Positions 1 to 15,000 of a DNA stretch of 64,000 nt are shown one piece after another. Numbering within the stretch: the stretch's first letter is position 1; each line of letters starts with the position of its first letter. The stretch covers positions 1,299,883-1,363,882 of the forward strand of contig JAKMXF010000066.1 in the NCBI GenBank assembly GCA_024704765.1, given 5' to 3'. The translations under genes were made by a program, and so were the position numbers. The notes below the pieces were generated by a model. That model was given only the letters and a program-made list of their open reading frames with translations, made no database searches and was not told the DNA's origin. The DNA is from Oopsacas minuta (Eukaryota; Animalia; Porifera).

Positions 1-1
1 G

Positions 2-3000
2 CAAACTGAATTAATCCTCAATTTCATTTGTATCCTCAATTTCTCTACTCACCTCTTAGAGTCACAAGAATTAAAAGATTTCTTGAAAATAGATTTTGAG
101 GCGCAGCCACTAAACGAAATCTGCAATGGAAATTTGCCCGTTGATTATCGCATTCTCCCAAATTCAATCCTAGCGACTAATCTAAATTTGCCTCATATTC
201 AAAGAATGCTAAACGCGTCTTTTCATTTGAGAAAATCTAATGTATTTTTGAATATTTTTAAAAGAATAGTATTGCGCAAATACAATTTTAGTCAAGCTAA
301 GATCCTTGATATTCAGGAAGTTTACGACGAAATTTGGTACCCTGCATACCTGAAATGTGAAGTTATAGTGACAGCTTTGCATAATCGCAAAATTCGTTTA
401 GTGAATGTTGAAAAACATTTCAGCATTTTTCGAGAAGCTAAAGATAAGATCAAGCATGAAATTTCCTGTCTATCCTCTGCAATTAGTATAATGAAATTGA
501 AATTCCGAAATCCTGACGAAGAAATCAATAACTCTGCTAGACTGATATTTAAATATTTCCAACTCCAAGAATCCTCAAAAGTAGCTACCTTAATTTATCA
601 AGTACATGTACATTACTGTAAAGAAGGAGACTTTGTGCAATTAGATACACTAGTTAACCTACAGAAGGAGCAATTCATTACAGAGAATACCTTGGAAATC
701 ATTACAGTAGAGTTAGAAACGATATTTGCACAAGTAAATAAGTTCGATTCTTTCGCTGAATCTCTTCTCAAAACTTTTCTTAATCACCCAAATTTCATTC
801 TTTGGGCGAGAGCTACATTGAAAGATACACAGCAAGTGAAAGTTTTCGTAGATTTAGCACTAACATCTTGCGACGTAACCGACTTCGATATCAACTGCAT
901 TACATGCCTGCGTTCAGTCTGTAATACTTTAGCTCCCCTAATATTCGACATGAGCCCAAATTGTAATTACGATCAATTCATAAACCTTTTCAATCAAGTG
1001 ATTGATCAAATAGTGGATAAAAAAGGGTTTTTGAAAACTTTCAATGAAGCTGCTAACTTGCTCCATATTTGGAAACATTTAGAGCTTGCCCATAGTTCAG
1101 TGGGTAAAAGTACAATTCAGGAGCTCACAGACATCTTCGAAGTGGGATATTTTGAGGTTAACCTTGACAACAATGGTGGTGATGGAAATATCCACCTTTA
1201 CATACAACATTCACCTATTAGTCGGGTATATAACTTGGAAAATTTGAAAGATCTTCAGAGTAAAATTGCATTGATAAAAGCAGAATCAAATGCTACGCAA
1301 CATATAAAATTATTCACATCAATTTTCGGATATATCACTGAAATAAGCCTGATGGTTGAAAAATTGAAGTATCTTGGCCATATTTCGTATGTTAATTATG
1401 TTAAGCAATTTAAATGCCAGGCTGAAGCTATCCCAATACTTAAAAGTGAGATTGAGTTGGGAAATGCAGAACTAAACACCTGGAGTGTCACTTTAGATTT
1501 TGCACGCAACAAATTCTATTCCCTTAACTTCTTCACTGATTTACAAATTTTAATTCTACGAAGAGATTTGAGTTTGTTTCAGAGAGAAACTATCCTCAAT
1601 CCTCAAATCATTCATCTTCTTTCTATGTTAAACCCTAATGTTACAAAGCAAGAAATTTCGAGAGGACTAGCAACTATTTCAGATTCACTTCCAAGTGAAC
1701 AATCAGAAAGTCGACCAATGGCAGACAGTTTACACGAAGAGATAGTTGACAATAGTGGATTCCCCGAATCTTTTCCTGATACTTTCAATGAGACCGATAG
1801 GCAATTTTGTCAATCTATTTGTGTAGAGGGATATTTGGATTTAACATTATGTATTATTGGAATTCAACAATTGAAACGCGATTCAAATGATTACGATGAA
1901 ACGGACCTCCTAGAATTTTGTTTGAACAGTACAGAGTTGATTGGAGGTAGTAATGAAGAGATTGAGGTTGATACTACTAGCAGTGTAGATTCAAATTTGG
2001 ATCAATCTCTCCATAATCTTATTCGACAATCTGACCAAATGCACATCTCTTTAGAAATTTTGAGTGTCTTCCTAGAGAGAATTAGAATGGATAACCGAAC
2101 TGTATCTCGACCACTTCCAAACACATGTAAACCAGGACAACCAAATCTAATTTTTGTTCCTAATTATGAAATGATTTACTTTGTCCTATCACAATACCTA
2201 GCATACGAAGATGTACAATCTTCACCATCCAACCATGAATTAATACTTTGTACTAGCGAAACTAGTTTTTACGAAATTGACATATTCTTCAGGAGGGTAA
2301 TTTTGGATAAGGACTCTGGGAGTCTGTTTTGTCTTTTATTCATTGAAAAGTTATGCTATGAAACTGCTGTGAAAAGTATCACTTATCTCAATAAGTACAT
2401 GTCATCTATAAATAATCCAAATTTTAAACTCCTCCTTCTTTGTTCTACAGAATCAGAAAACACTTCATATTTCGCGTCAACGATGTATAAATATAAGAGG
2501 GTTACACCATCTTCTCTTGAAGACAACATTCTCAAAGAAGGACTTTTTAAGAGATTTTCTTTCCAAGAGAATATGGTTCTAAACAATTTTTCATGTGTAC
2601 AACCAGCTTGCCTCATCGATGCTCAAAAGAGTAGAGTTAGAATTGTGGCATCGCACTCTGTTGGTGCAGGGAAATCTCTAGCTATTAATGAGCTAGCAAA
2701 TAAGTTGAAGCATATGCAAGATCTAGACCAAGATTGTTCAATTACAATCCCTCTACACGGAAGCAATGTAAAAGAGGGTGTTGTTGTTAAGTATTTATTA
2801 GCCTCTAAAACGGTGGAAGGACGAATACCTTCGTTTCTTTTCCACTTTGACGTGTCATCAACGATAACGGAAGAGGTGATTCCTTTCTTGTTCAAAGTCT
2901 TAATTTTAGGTTATTTGAAGGACACAGTTGGGAATGTATGGTCATGTAGAGCTGTTGATTACTATACTATTGAGATTACCCTGGAACCGGAAAATTCTTT

Positions 3001-6000
3001 TCTTTCCCGTTTCTGTAATCTTTTTCCTATTACGTTTTGCCTTCAACCAAAACAATCTCTACAAAAGATGATAGAGAATACGGCCTGTAGTGAGAGGACT
3101 CTGAGCGAGAATGAATTTCTTTCACAGGATCGCCAACGAGTATATACTTATTTACATAAGAAGGAGATGAAACAGAATCTTGAGGACTTTTATTACTCTA
3201 AAGAGAATGGAGTTTATGGGAATCCTACCCAATTTTTGGAAATCATCCTGAAATATTCTGGTTTAGACAATCCTTCCTGGAGTGAAGTGAATAATTTTAT
3301 CAGATACTTGAGTCAACAATTACTCTGTTGCGAAAGAAATATATACTGTCAACAAGTGAATGAATGGAAAGGTTTCAAAACTTTTCTAATAAACATGATT
3401 ATTCCTATGTCACGAGATATTGCCACACCATCGTTATCCAATACATTCGAATCCTATAGTCATGATATCCTTACTGGATATTCCATACAATCACGTAGAA
3501 GGTGGGAACAAAAAAACTTGCCATACTTATACCTTAATGAAGATATGCAGACTATGACTTTCTTTGGGGTCCATATTACAAAGAACTTAAACTTAATTGA
3601 CCAGTTTAATCCATCAAAAATCCTAGAGAAAAAGGTTGTTTCGAAAGATTTATACTTAACTCTTCTCCGTAACCGTGTTGATTTTCAGGATGACTGCATG
3701 AACTGGAATAAGGAGAAGAAAATTTCAGTGCTTGCAAATGTGATTGGAATAAAACACATTTTCGAATCTGATGGTAAACAAGTAATCATAGATCCAAATC
3801 CTTCATATGTACTCACAATAGACAACTTAAAGAAGATTCTTGCCATTCATATGCGATTTCGCTGTAATATTCCTGTCATAATAATGGGAGAAACAGGCTG
3901 TGGAAAGACACAACTAGTGTATTATATGTGTCAATTGCAAGCACAATACGTTAAAAGAAATAATATGCGCGTACTTAAAGTTCATGGTGGGATAACTGAC
4001 CAGGACATCATAGAGGAATTATCAGAATCTATCAAGCTAGCACAAGAAAATGTACATTACAATATAGATACAGTGTTGTTTTTTGATGAAGCAAATACAA
4101 GTCATTCAATTGGTTTGATAAAGGAAATACTCATCGACAGAAGGGTAAATGGAAAATCTATTCCGAAAGATATTCGCTTGCAATTCGTTGCTGCATGTAA
4201 TCCCTACAGAAGACATTCAGAAGAGATGTTTAGTAAACTCTTGTCGGCGGGTCTAGGAAAAGCTACATTGAATAAAGAAGCCACTGAAAAGTTTGGCAAG
4301 ATTCCACTAAGAGAGCTTGTTTATAGAGTTGTCGAACTTCCAAAGAGCCTTCTGCCACTAGTTTGGGATTTTGGACAGTTGAGCCCTGGAGTGGAGGAAT
4401 CATATATAAAAGAGATCATTAAAGGACATCTTGATAAGAGTCCCATCAAGTTATCTACTGAGTTGTTGAAAAGAATTACTGAAATCCTATCTATAACTCA
4501 ACAATATATGCGTTATCGTAACGATGAATGTAGTTTTGTTAGCCTGAGGGATGTTGAGAGGACGATGAAGGTTATGAAATGGTTTTTCGAAATGATACCT
4601 AGATTTGTTACCAATCTTACCTTAGATCAAATATCCACTAGCCTTCTACTGTCTTTGTCAGTTTGTTATCGTGCTCGACTACAATTTCGTATAAGCTATG
4701 ACTCCAAATTGGTCGAATCTTTCAAGCCACCACTCTCGACCCTGAGAGATGAATCTATTATTATTGATGAAATTGAAAAGTTTCAGTCAGCTGTTGCTGA
4801 TAGCATGAAGGTAGGAGAACACATTGCCAAAAATTCTTCTTTGAAAGAAAATCTTTTCATGATGTTCGTATGCATTGAACTTAGAATTCCTCTTTTTATT
4901 ATTGGTAAACCAGGTAGCTCGAAATCTCTAGCAAAAGCAATTGTAAACAATTCAATGGAGGGAGAGGGTTCTCGCCAAGATTCTAAACTTAGGGATTTTA
5001 AAAGAGTAGAAATGCTCTCTTATCAGTGTAGCCAGTTATCAACATCACAAGGAATATTAAACTTATTCAAAACTTGCAAATTAATTCAGAGCAGGGAAAA
5101 TCCCGAAAAATTTGTGTCCTGTGTTGTATTGGAGGAAGTTGGGCTTGCCGAGGATTCTCCACAGTTACCTTTGAAGGTGTTACATCCTCTACTGGAAGAT
5201 GATTCTGCCTTTGTTGGAAAAGATAATCTTGATCTCAAGGTAGGCAATGATAAAGTAGCTTTTCTTGGATTATCGAATTGGGCTCTTGATCCTGCTAAAA
5301 TGAACCGTGGAATTATGGTCTGTTTAGATGAGCCTCACAAAGAAGAATTAATCTTAACTGCTAAAGCAATATGTGACTCTAAACAAGATGATGCCATTCA
5401 TGCACAGAATATTATTCCTTTTATTAATGGTTTAGTTAATGCGTACATAACCCTGATGCAAACACAGAAGAATAACATGGATATTCAATACTTTGGTCTC
5501 AGAGATTTCTACAGCTTGATTAAAATGATATACCATATTTGTAGAAAAGAAGATACACCATTAAATTCCGGTATCTTAAGGCACGCGGTCGAGCGAAACT
5601 TTGGTGGGCTGGAAGGCCTTCATCCATTTGAAATTTTTCAACAATGTGTATGCCTGAGCGGAGACAAAGATAAAGTACTAGAATGTTCACCACTTGAATT
5701 AATCAAAGCTAATCTTGCTTCTCATCAGGGTTCTTTTTATACACGCAATCGATACCTGTTGCTATTAACAGAAAATTTCGCAGCGTTAGACATTATTCAC
5801 CATGCTCAACTAGTCAAGTCAGATGAGAATCGAGTAATATTCGGGAGCAGTTTTCCGAATGATTCTGAATATTCTGTAGTATGTCGCAACATAAACCTTA
5901 TTAAGAGTTATATAGAAACTGGAAAAACGTTAATTCTTACCAATTTATTGAATCTCTATGAAAGTTTATATGATGTCCTCAATCAATACTATTTCGAATC

Positions 6001-9000
6001 TTTGGGTAAGTATTGGGTGGATATTGGCTTGGGTACTCATCGTGTAAAATGTTCAGTCCATCAAGATTTCAAACTGATCATCATTGCTGATTCGAAAACA
6101 GTTCGTAAGCAGTTTCCCTCAGCGTTGATCAACCGATTTGAAAAGCACACTCTTAAAGTTTGTTCAATACTATCGGAAGAAGAACGAGCAGTGGCTGAAA
6201 ATTTATCTCTTTGGGCTGAAAGGTTTGTGAAGATCGATTTAAGTGGTCTTATCGACATAAAATATCATGTTGAAGATTGTATTGTTGGATTTCAAGCAGA
6301 CACAGCATATATGTTGATATATTCGTTAGGCGGTTTGCGTCTGTCAGAAAATCAGCCACAATACAAAGCATCAATGATGGAGTTGTCAAAGAGTAAACTT
6401 TTACAGATGGCGACACCTGATTCGGTATTAAGGCTAAGCAAAACAAAATTACAATGGGAAGCCAATACCCTTTTAAATACTTATTTGACACTCCCTTTAC
6501 AAGATTTACAACACTATTTCCAGCATATTGTAAAGTCTTCGAATTATTTCTCATTAATTACTACACATTCAATGCTACTGTCGGAATCTGAAGTTTTTGA
6601 CATTGAAAATTCTTTATCTGAGCAACAATGTTCTGTATCTTTGTATCTCCTTTATCTCTTACAATTCCAAACGAATTTACAGTTTTCAACTCGTATCAAT
6701 GAATTGTTGAATAGTCAAAATTCGAAGGCAGTGAATAACATTATTCTGATACAATGTGATAATGGTAATTTGCATTCTGATCTCATTTCATGTGCAAGAC
6801 ACCATATCATTGAGCAATTTGAAATGTTAAATCCTGATCAATCTCGTAGGATCTTCTTTGTCATCGTTATCCGCATGTCGCGTAAATCGAACACTCTTTC
6901 AAGTTATTGTGGAGGTGTTTGGGAAACGATTCACATTGATGAATTAAGACCCCCAGAATTGACAATTCTACCATCTTTTACCGATCTAATTCACCTTTCA
7001 TTATCAGATATATTTTCTGGTAGGACTAAGGTGAGTCTTAAAATAATTTTCAAAAGTTTTTATATTGAGCTAATTCACTTGTAACTGTGCTATGATAAGA
7101 TTATTTCGTTTAACATAGTAGTATATTGAAATATCAATGAATATTGCTTTTATTAATTTTCAGTTCTCAGGAGCCAAACTAAATATGAGTAATATATTTT
7201 GTTGTAATCAGAGGGGTCAGATGGGGCCAAATCACCCTAATCTAATCCTTATCGCTTTATCACAGGACCATACATCCAAATCCAAAAAATATAGCTATCA
7301 AAATCAAACATATGTGAAATCAAAGAAATTCAAAAATTTCAGGGATCTAATGAATTCCTTTGGACTTTGGAGACTCCAAATCCTTCCGAAATTCATGGAT
7401 TGTGGATTTTATGGATTGCAAATCCATGGCATCCACTATCCATGGTCCATCCGTCCCCTCTGGTTATAATATTTAAACTCAGTTGAAATTACAGGCTCAG
7501 GAATTGTATCCTAATTTGCAAGTCACCTTCAACCAAGGTACAAGACTTCTAGCTACAGTTCAACCAGCGTTTTCACTCCTATATGAACGAAACGGTAGCC
7601 ATGTACGAACACTAAGAAGAATTGAACAATTTATATCGTTACTTCATGATTCCAATTTTGCAGGTAAGTACCATTAAACTTTTCTTAAGTATGTTTCTAT
7701 ATATACTCCAGTCGCCAGAAGTTAAATATTGAATTGTCGTATAAGGAAATTTTATGATGTCTTATTGATCTCTAAGGTGTTCTAAGCCAGAATCCATCGG
7801 GTGCTACGCTGACAACCTTGAGCAATTTTTTTAATTTACACAGACCATCACTAATATATTCATCTGACCACTCAAACGAAACGAATTTTACACTGATTAC
7901 GAAATTGAAAGTTTGATTAGAATGAAGTATAGAATTTTGTAGTATTTTACGTATTTTGGTTCCAAAATGGTTAAAATGCGTTAAGATTGATAGATTATAT
8001 TTTCATTGCAATTCTTATCTAATTTTCTGGCTCAGAACATGCTAGAGATCAAGAAACCATTAAAAATTTCATTCAATGATAACACAATTTTGCCCTCTGG
8101 CGACTGGACTAACAGACTTCAATTTATGCTAACAGCACAACACCACGTAACACTGGATAATGAGTACAATTATCATCAACAGTCACCTACTCTGGTCTAT
8201 TTCTTATTTTACACTTCGATTCAATTATAGATATATCTTCAAAGATATGCGAGATAATTTCTTATCTCTTGGACAACAATTCTATATCTGTATATTCAAA
8301 AGATTGGTCACGCTTTGCAGCGTTTGATGAGCACCTAATTCAGTCAGCAGGAACATTCAGAAAGGCACTGTCTAAAGAAATAAACATCGCTCTCATCCCT
8401 CTTGTAGCAGAAACTTTAGCATACTTAGATCGGAATGGTAATATTGAGTTAATCTTCATGCACACGAAACCAGCAATTCAGGAAATATGGAGAAGTATTT
8501 TCATTGATCAACATTGCTTTTTCAATCATTTGCAATCATTATCTCCCCTTATAACTGATATGAAAAGGTCTGTTCCAATAATTAGCGATGGATGGAATGG
8601 TAATTATTTTCAAGCCAGGTTTCCTTTCTCTTGGATTATTGTTAGTACAATAAATGAAGTAAGGAATAACATGAAAATGCATTCAGGTATGATATACATT
8701 TTGACTAATATTCACTATTCAGTAAACAATCACTTAGATTTTTGGGGCAGCTCCTTTAGGGAGCTGCGCTAATGGCATGGACGATGTGCGACATCCATCC
8801 GTCCGTCCCTGCGGCCGTGCGAAATCTAGCAGTCGAATTAACATGCAAATTAGCATATATATACATTTTGGGTCGGAGATTTGCACCTTGGGCATGAATT
8901 TTTTCTAAAGTGAATATTTCGCACCTTTATTCTATACATGTTCATTATTAGGTAATACCGAAATTTTCGCTGATTTTGAGGAAGCTTTTGAGAAAACTAT

Positions 9001-12000
9001 TATTGGTGAACTAATTTCATCGGTCGATATTCAATTTGAGGACAGTACAGTTGCAATCTGTTATTTGGAAGATTTCATCAACTTAATAATATACCCAAAG
9101 GACGTTTCTGAACACAAGGTAATTATAATCAATAATTCATTCTGATGGGGACAATTAATTACATTGTCCATTCTTTAGGCACACTTCTTACTAATATTGA
9201 ATGGAGTGTTGAATTTGAAACGACGAATTGTACAAGGATCTGACAACCTTGAAGATGAGAACACAGAGTCGAGTTCAATAAAACTAACCATTCCAATGAT
9301 TCACGTTGCCTATGATATGTTAGTTGATAGAATTGGCTTCATCAAACAAGCATTCACCCTTAAGTTTGACGGAAAAGATGAAATTAAGACTCATATAGAT
9401 TTTGCAATAAATAATGATACTCAGGGAAAACTTGGGGAATTCCTCGATTCTCTGATCTTTGAAGCCATCATAAAAGATTGCAAACCTGATTTAAATATAA
9501 TTTTGACAGAAGTTGATTGGGAAATTTGGGTTTCGAGAGTAAGAAGATGTCAGACAATCATTGAATCAAATTTCAATATTGTCCTTTTGGATCAGGAGAA
9601 GAATCGAAACATTAGGTAGAGTTGTCTTTTATGATTGCTATGAATTGTAATTATGATTTATTTTTTTGAAAATCTTACATGTATGTAGAACTGAATGGAA
9701 TTGCATTCAAGCAATACTAATTTTCGTTACAAACTTTGTTTTACTGACAGGCTATGACATGAAAGCTTCATTAAGACAATTTCACAGGGTGAGTAATAAC
9801 CTAATATGTATATTAACAACACACTTATCAATGTTGAATCCTCGAAATTATGTCACATCTAGATGATTTTTATCAAAGATACAAACTTTCACTCAGAGAA
9901 AACTATGAAAAGGATTTTTGCAGTTTTGAATGCATTAACACGTAAAATACACACGGATATTAGGTAAGTTTTAACCTAATACTTACTTTCATAGATCCAT
10001 CCTTTTTATCATTAATTGCCCTGCTTTATTTTAATAGCGAACAACTGAATATCAAATGTTTGAAGTGCAAAAAGCCTCCTGCAGATACTATTGCCTTAGC
10101 TTGTTTCCATTTCCGATGCAGAACTTGCCTTCCTAGCATTACTTCAGATTCCAAATGTCCAGAGTGTATAGATGATATTTATGCTACAGTAAAGGGCAGT
10201 GAGCGAGAGCATTTTGTAAAGATTTGTAGGTAGGTGTTTCTAATCAGATAAGTGAATTTTGATTTTCAATAGTTTACATATATGTGTCGCAACTTGCAAT
10301 TTATTGCACTACACATTTTCTCAATTATTAGAAATTGTTTAGTATGGATTACTGTAGGGAAATGTTAGAGAAACAACGAAAATTCAGGGAACAATCAACC
10401 AATTTCGTCATGGAGCTTTTATCCACAATAACTTTTGCAAGTTTTGGAAATGAGGGCAAAGAGAATGGTTTGATAGAATATCTGGTTAGTTATATTGCAT
10501 TAGATCATAATGTTCTTGAAAACCTTCCAGATGCCAAATCGGACAATGTTATGCTCTTCCAAGAGGGTATTTTAAAGCCTTCCCCTACAGTTAGGCTATT
10601 CTTGCTTCAGCTTCTAATTAAAAACAGGTTTATCTACTTATTATTTACGGCTGCAATTATTGTTTTTATCAATTCACCTTTGGATGTAGATTTCATTTGC
10701 TTCGTAGCAAACTAGCTGAGTATATGGAAATGACGTTGAGTCATTTACAACTTAAGCAGAAATCTCATGGACATGAGATGCTAGTTATTTTTGTGCAATG
10801 CTTTGAGGTATTATTTCAAACTTTATAATTCATGAGTATTCTTTATTTTGTACATATAGGACTACTTTCAATCAAAATGCTTTACTTTGCCAACAGAATC
10901 ATTAAGGATCCAATATATTTCAACCCTTTGCCATACTGATCAAAGATTAGAAAACTTTGGACCACTTTACCAAAGTGATCTATCCCTCGCGTATATTGAA
11001 TCGGTAGCATTGGTAAGATTTGTTGCCTTAGTTATCTGTCAATGGATAATAGACAAGTTTGACCTTAAGCGTGAGGCCATCAACATACTGATTGACCAAA
11101 AGGAAACTGTACAACGTATTGAGCAGAAAAAAGTTCAGTTGGTGGTCAATTTCAAACGACTCATCAAATCATTTGAAGATTTGTCTCAGTCCGTGAAGTG
11201 TTCTCAGTATTTGCATTTTTTTTTCATGAAAGCACTGTATTCGCATTTAGGTTGGGGAGGAATTAAATCTATCTTGTGTGTTGAAGAATTGAAAGGGGTA
11301 ATACCTTCGAAATGTTTTCACTTAGGCAATGTAAGCACTTTAACTGTATAATATCAGAAAACTCTTGACTGATATATTTTCATAGTTCGATGGACGATTG
11401 GATCTGTTTTCCAGTTACGGGCCACTTTATCAAGATGCGAGAAAAATAATCCGCTATCTAATAACCCAAGTTGACACGCAGGATATAAACAACTGGATTA
11501 AGGAACAGAATCAGAAAGTATATACATTTAAACAATGCTTTAGGCAAGCTCTGTTTACTATTTCTATCTATTTAGAAGGAGAGTAGAATTGTGTTACAAC
11601 AAAGTTTGATATTTGCTGTGTTTACAGACATATACACTGAGAACCTTAAAGGTGGTCACCAACCCATGTTCCCAAACAAAGTAAGCTTCCTAAAATATAG
11701 ATGGAGCTCAAAATATTACGTTCCCTTTTTTAGATTCAAAAATTTGTCAAAACTATAGAAGAGAAATATCCTACAATGCCAAACGAACTATTTGAACTTC
11801 TAGAACAACTATTTCTAAATAGGCTTTTTAATGGTCGGATTCAAGAACTCATGTTGACGCCCAATTCTCATGGATATACTCCAACAATTGCAGGAATTCT
11901 GTGTCACATCGGTATATTGTTACACTATGCATTAGATCAAGAAATAGAAAATTTTCTAGCACCGCTTACACTTATTTATATGGACCCAGGGAAATTATGC

Positions 12001-15000
12001 CAAAAATTATTTCCAACTATGGAAAACATGGAACCTTCTGCTAGCTTTGTCAAGATGGCAATTTTAGAGGAAGGTAGATGGTATGAATGTCCAAATGGAC
12101 ATTCGTATTTTATTGGAGAAGTAAGTGATTCAGGATGTATACGTATATGTAAATATATTGCAGGATTACTTTTCTATTTTTAGTGTGGAAAACCATGGAC
12201 TGCTTACTCTTGCCCAGAATGCGGGATTACCATTGGAGGGACTTTACATAAGTTACATCAGGGAAATTTAGAACAAAAACGATACACAGGTCATATATTA
12301 GGATGTCCATCCAAACGATCTCATTTAAAGTCTGGAATAAGGTTTGTACATTTTTAAGCATTATTTTTTACCTTTCTTGATGCAGTAGATGCCGGATATA
12401 AGAACACCGGTTATACGAACATGCCAGATATTTGAACCACAACTTGAATTACGGAATCTTTTGTATTCTACTCCATGGAATTTTTACCGGTTATAAGAAC
12501 ATGCCGGATATAAGAATGTCATAATGGAAAACGATGACTATATGCCTCAATATACATTATGCCGGTTATAAGAGCACTCTTAGTGTAGTACTAAAATTGG
12601 TTCTCATTACCAGTATGTTTGTAGAATTCGGCATAATATATAATAGATATGAGAATACTTTTCTTTAATATGGTTTCTACATCCAAATGGTTTAAATGAA
12701 GTGTTTCCATAACCGCATCTACTATATACTACATACCGGTTATGAGAACATTATTTCCAGTTCCCGACGATGTTCTTATAACCGGCGCGGCATTCACAGT
12801 ATAACTAAATTTACTCAGTATTCAATCCTTAGACGATTATCAGCTACTTCAGCTTCTGTGATTAGAGCTCTAATGCATGGAATATTCATATGGGCATCTG
12901 CAGTAAAGTTTTCTTTCGATCCTACGAAACTTCTTTCCCTTGTAGAATATCCTGGAAATATTCATATTTCCCAATTTTTCTTTCAACATATGCTTAATGA
13001 TATTTATGACATTTCATGTATTACTGGTAAGGATTTTGAAGAATCTGCATTGATTATACATATGGTAATAGACAACATAATGAGTGATCATGAAAATATT
13101 GGTAAGTGGAATAATTTATAAATTTATCAATGTTCTATTCATACAACTCATCCGATAGTACAAATTGATGCCTCACTTACTTCAAATGATAATCGAGAGA
13201 CTTGGGAATTCTTTTTCGACAGATACTTCATATCTCCAATTCTTGTAGATGTAGATAAATTACTGCAGGAGAAACTGATCTATGTTCTAAATGATGTTGG
13301 AATGTTGAACCATACCATATTTAGGTGAGATTAAATATAGATCCTTCGATCATATGCGCTAATTCCCCTGGGTTATATAGCAAGCTTCGATAATATCTAT
13401 CTTAGGTCACTATATGAGAAAGACATCAATCCAGCTCAGCATGAAGGTTATCTTTGGAGATTTCGGAGCAAAATCGACTTTCAACACTTTTCAAAAGCAT
13501 TTAATTCACAAGGACTAGTTATTGCAGTTCAGTATCCATTATTAGAGAAATTTATTCGAGAGGAGCATTTATTAGCTGCAACAAAGTTTCTACCAGCTAT
13601 TGTAAAATTGCGAATAAAACTTAGCCAAAAGATGTATAAATGCATTAATAATGTTAAGCCACAAGACACGATTCAGTGCTTTTTAGTAAAGCTCCAAGAA
13701 GGTTGGTTATACGTGACTAGTCACTATTTTGCTATTCTTTCAGTTTAGAATATTCTCAATTCTTAGAGAAAGGTGAGAGTGTTATGGAAGAACTTAGGCA
13801 TCTCGTAAATGAATTCGCAGCTTGTTGGAAGTTAGTCGGAAGCGAAGTGATACAAAGAAATGGACTTAGAATTCAATTTTCAGAAATACAATCCAATATC
13901 ACACCAATACTATTCATTATGCCTACAACAAAAGGAGAAAAATCTATATTAGTGGCATTGGCAGAACTTTTAATAAATACCCATAATAGTTTTATTGCAG
14001 AACAGAAAAAATATTCTATCTTACCAGAATATGGACAGTAAGTTATATTTAGAATTATGAGTGACATCGTTTGTAGGAAACATTAGTTCATTTAATTTGT
14101 ATCCAGACAGGCAGAAGATACAGTTTCCCTTCCTCAACTCTCACAAAACCATATGATTGACTACCAAGGGCACCTAGATAAGCTTATTCTTTCTAACGCA
14201 CGATATTCGCTCCAATTTGGACTAGGCACTATGGTACAATATGATTTTTCTAACATAGAAAGACAGTTGTTCGACAACTTTGTACTTTCAAAGCCTTTTA
14301 TTATCTGGGATCGATCCAAGCCAGGCTATTCTTTAAACAATGTAGCCGAGACAATGTTTCACAGGATAAAGGAATTAATTCCACAGGTATAGATCATTCG
14401 AGCTTAGAGATATGTATTATCTCTTTGAAATAGTGATCAGAGTAAATATAGTGTTGTATAGATACTTTTGGCCTATGCACTTGGGCTAATATACATTGAT
14501 TTCAGGGTGTTATCCAGGTGTATGCGGCGTGGCTACAGGCGCATAAATTTTGGAAATGTATGTCTAAGCGTAAGAATATTTCTCTTTAGGAGTAAACTCA
14601 TATACCGTAATACAAAATGTACAGTCTAGGCGTATGAAATGAAATAGAATCCATTTCTAGGCGTATGGTCCTGAGAAACTGGATTAAACCCTTGTTAATT
14701 CCATCACTTATATTTATTAATTATACGTAAACCTCCGAGATACGGCATAATCCGGAGAAAAATTTGTGCCGTGATTTTGGATTAAAAATTCCTATCCGGG
14801 ATTTATTAATTGCCGTATCTTGGAGGGTTGCCTCATGTCAGAGGTGCCGCTTTGGGAGGTTTACCTCTATACAAATGCTAGAATTATAAATATTTTCCCA
14901 GATGTCAGTTAAAGATCTGGGATAAATGTTCTAAGGATGGATTGATATTATCCAGGCTCTGTATTTTAATAGGAAAAGCTAGATGAAGCATTAGCAAAAA

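Noticed and set aside
322-6554. Short antisense ORFs within RNF213 (and likewise within the ankyrin, WH1 and LRR-EGF genes)
   Set aside because: These are shadow frames of strong coding sequence with no independent motifs.
7137-7469. 110-aa ORF after the large RNF213 exon
   Set aside because: It lies within intron 7031-7482, overlaps short inverted repeats, and is not needed for the spliced frame.
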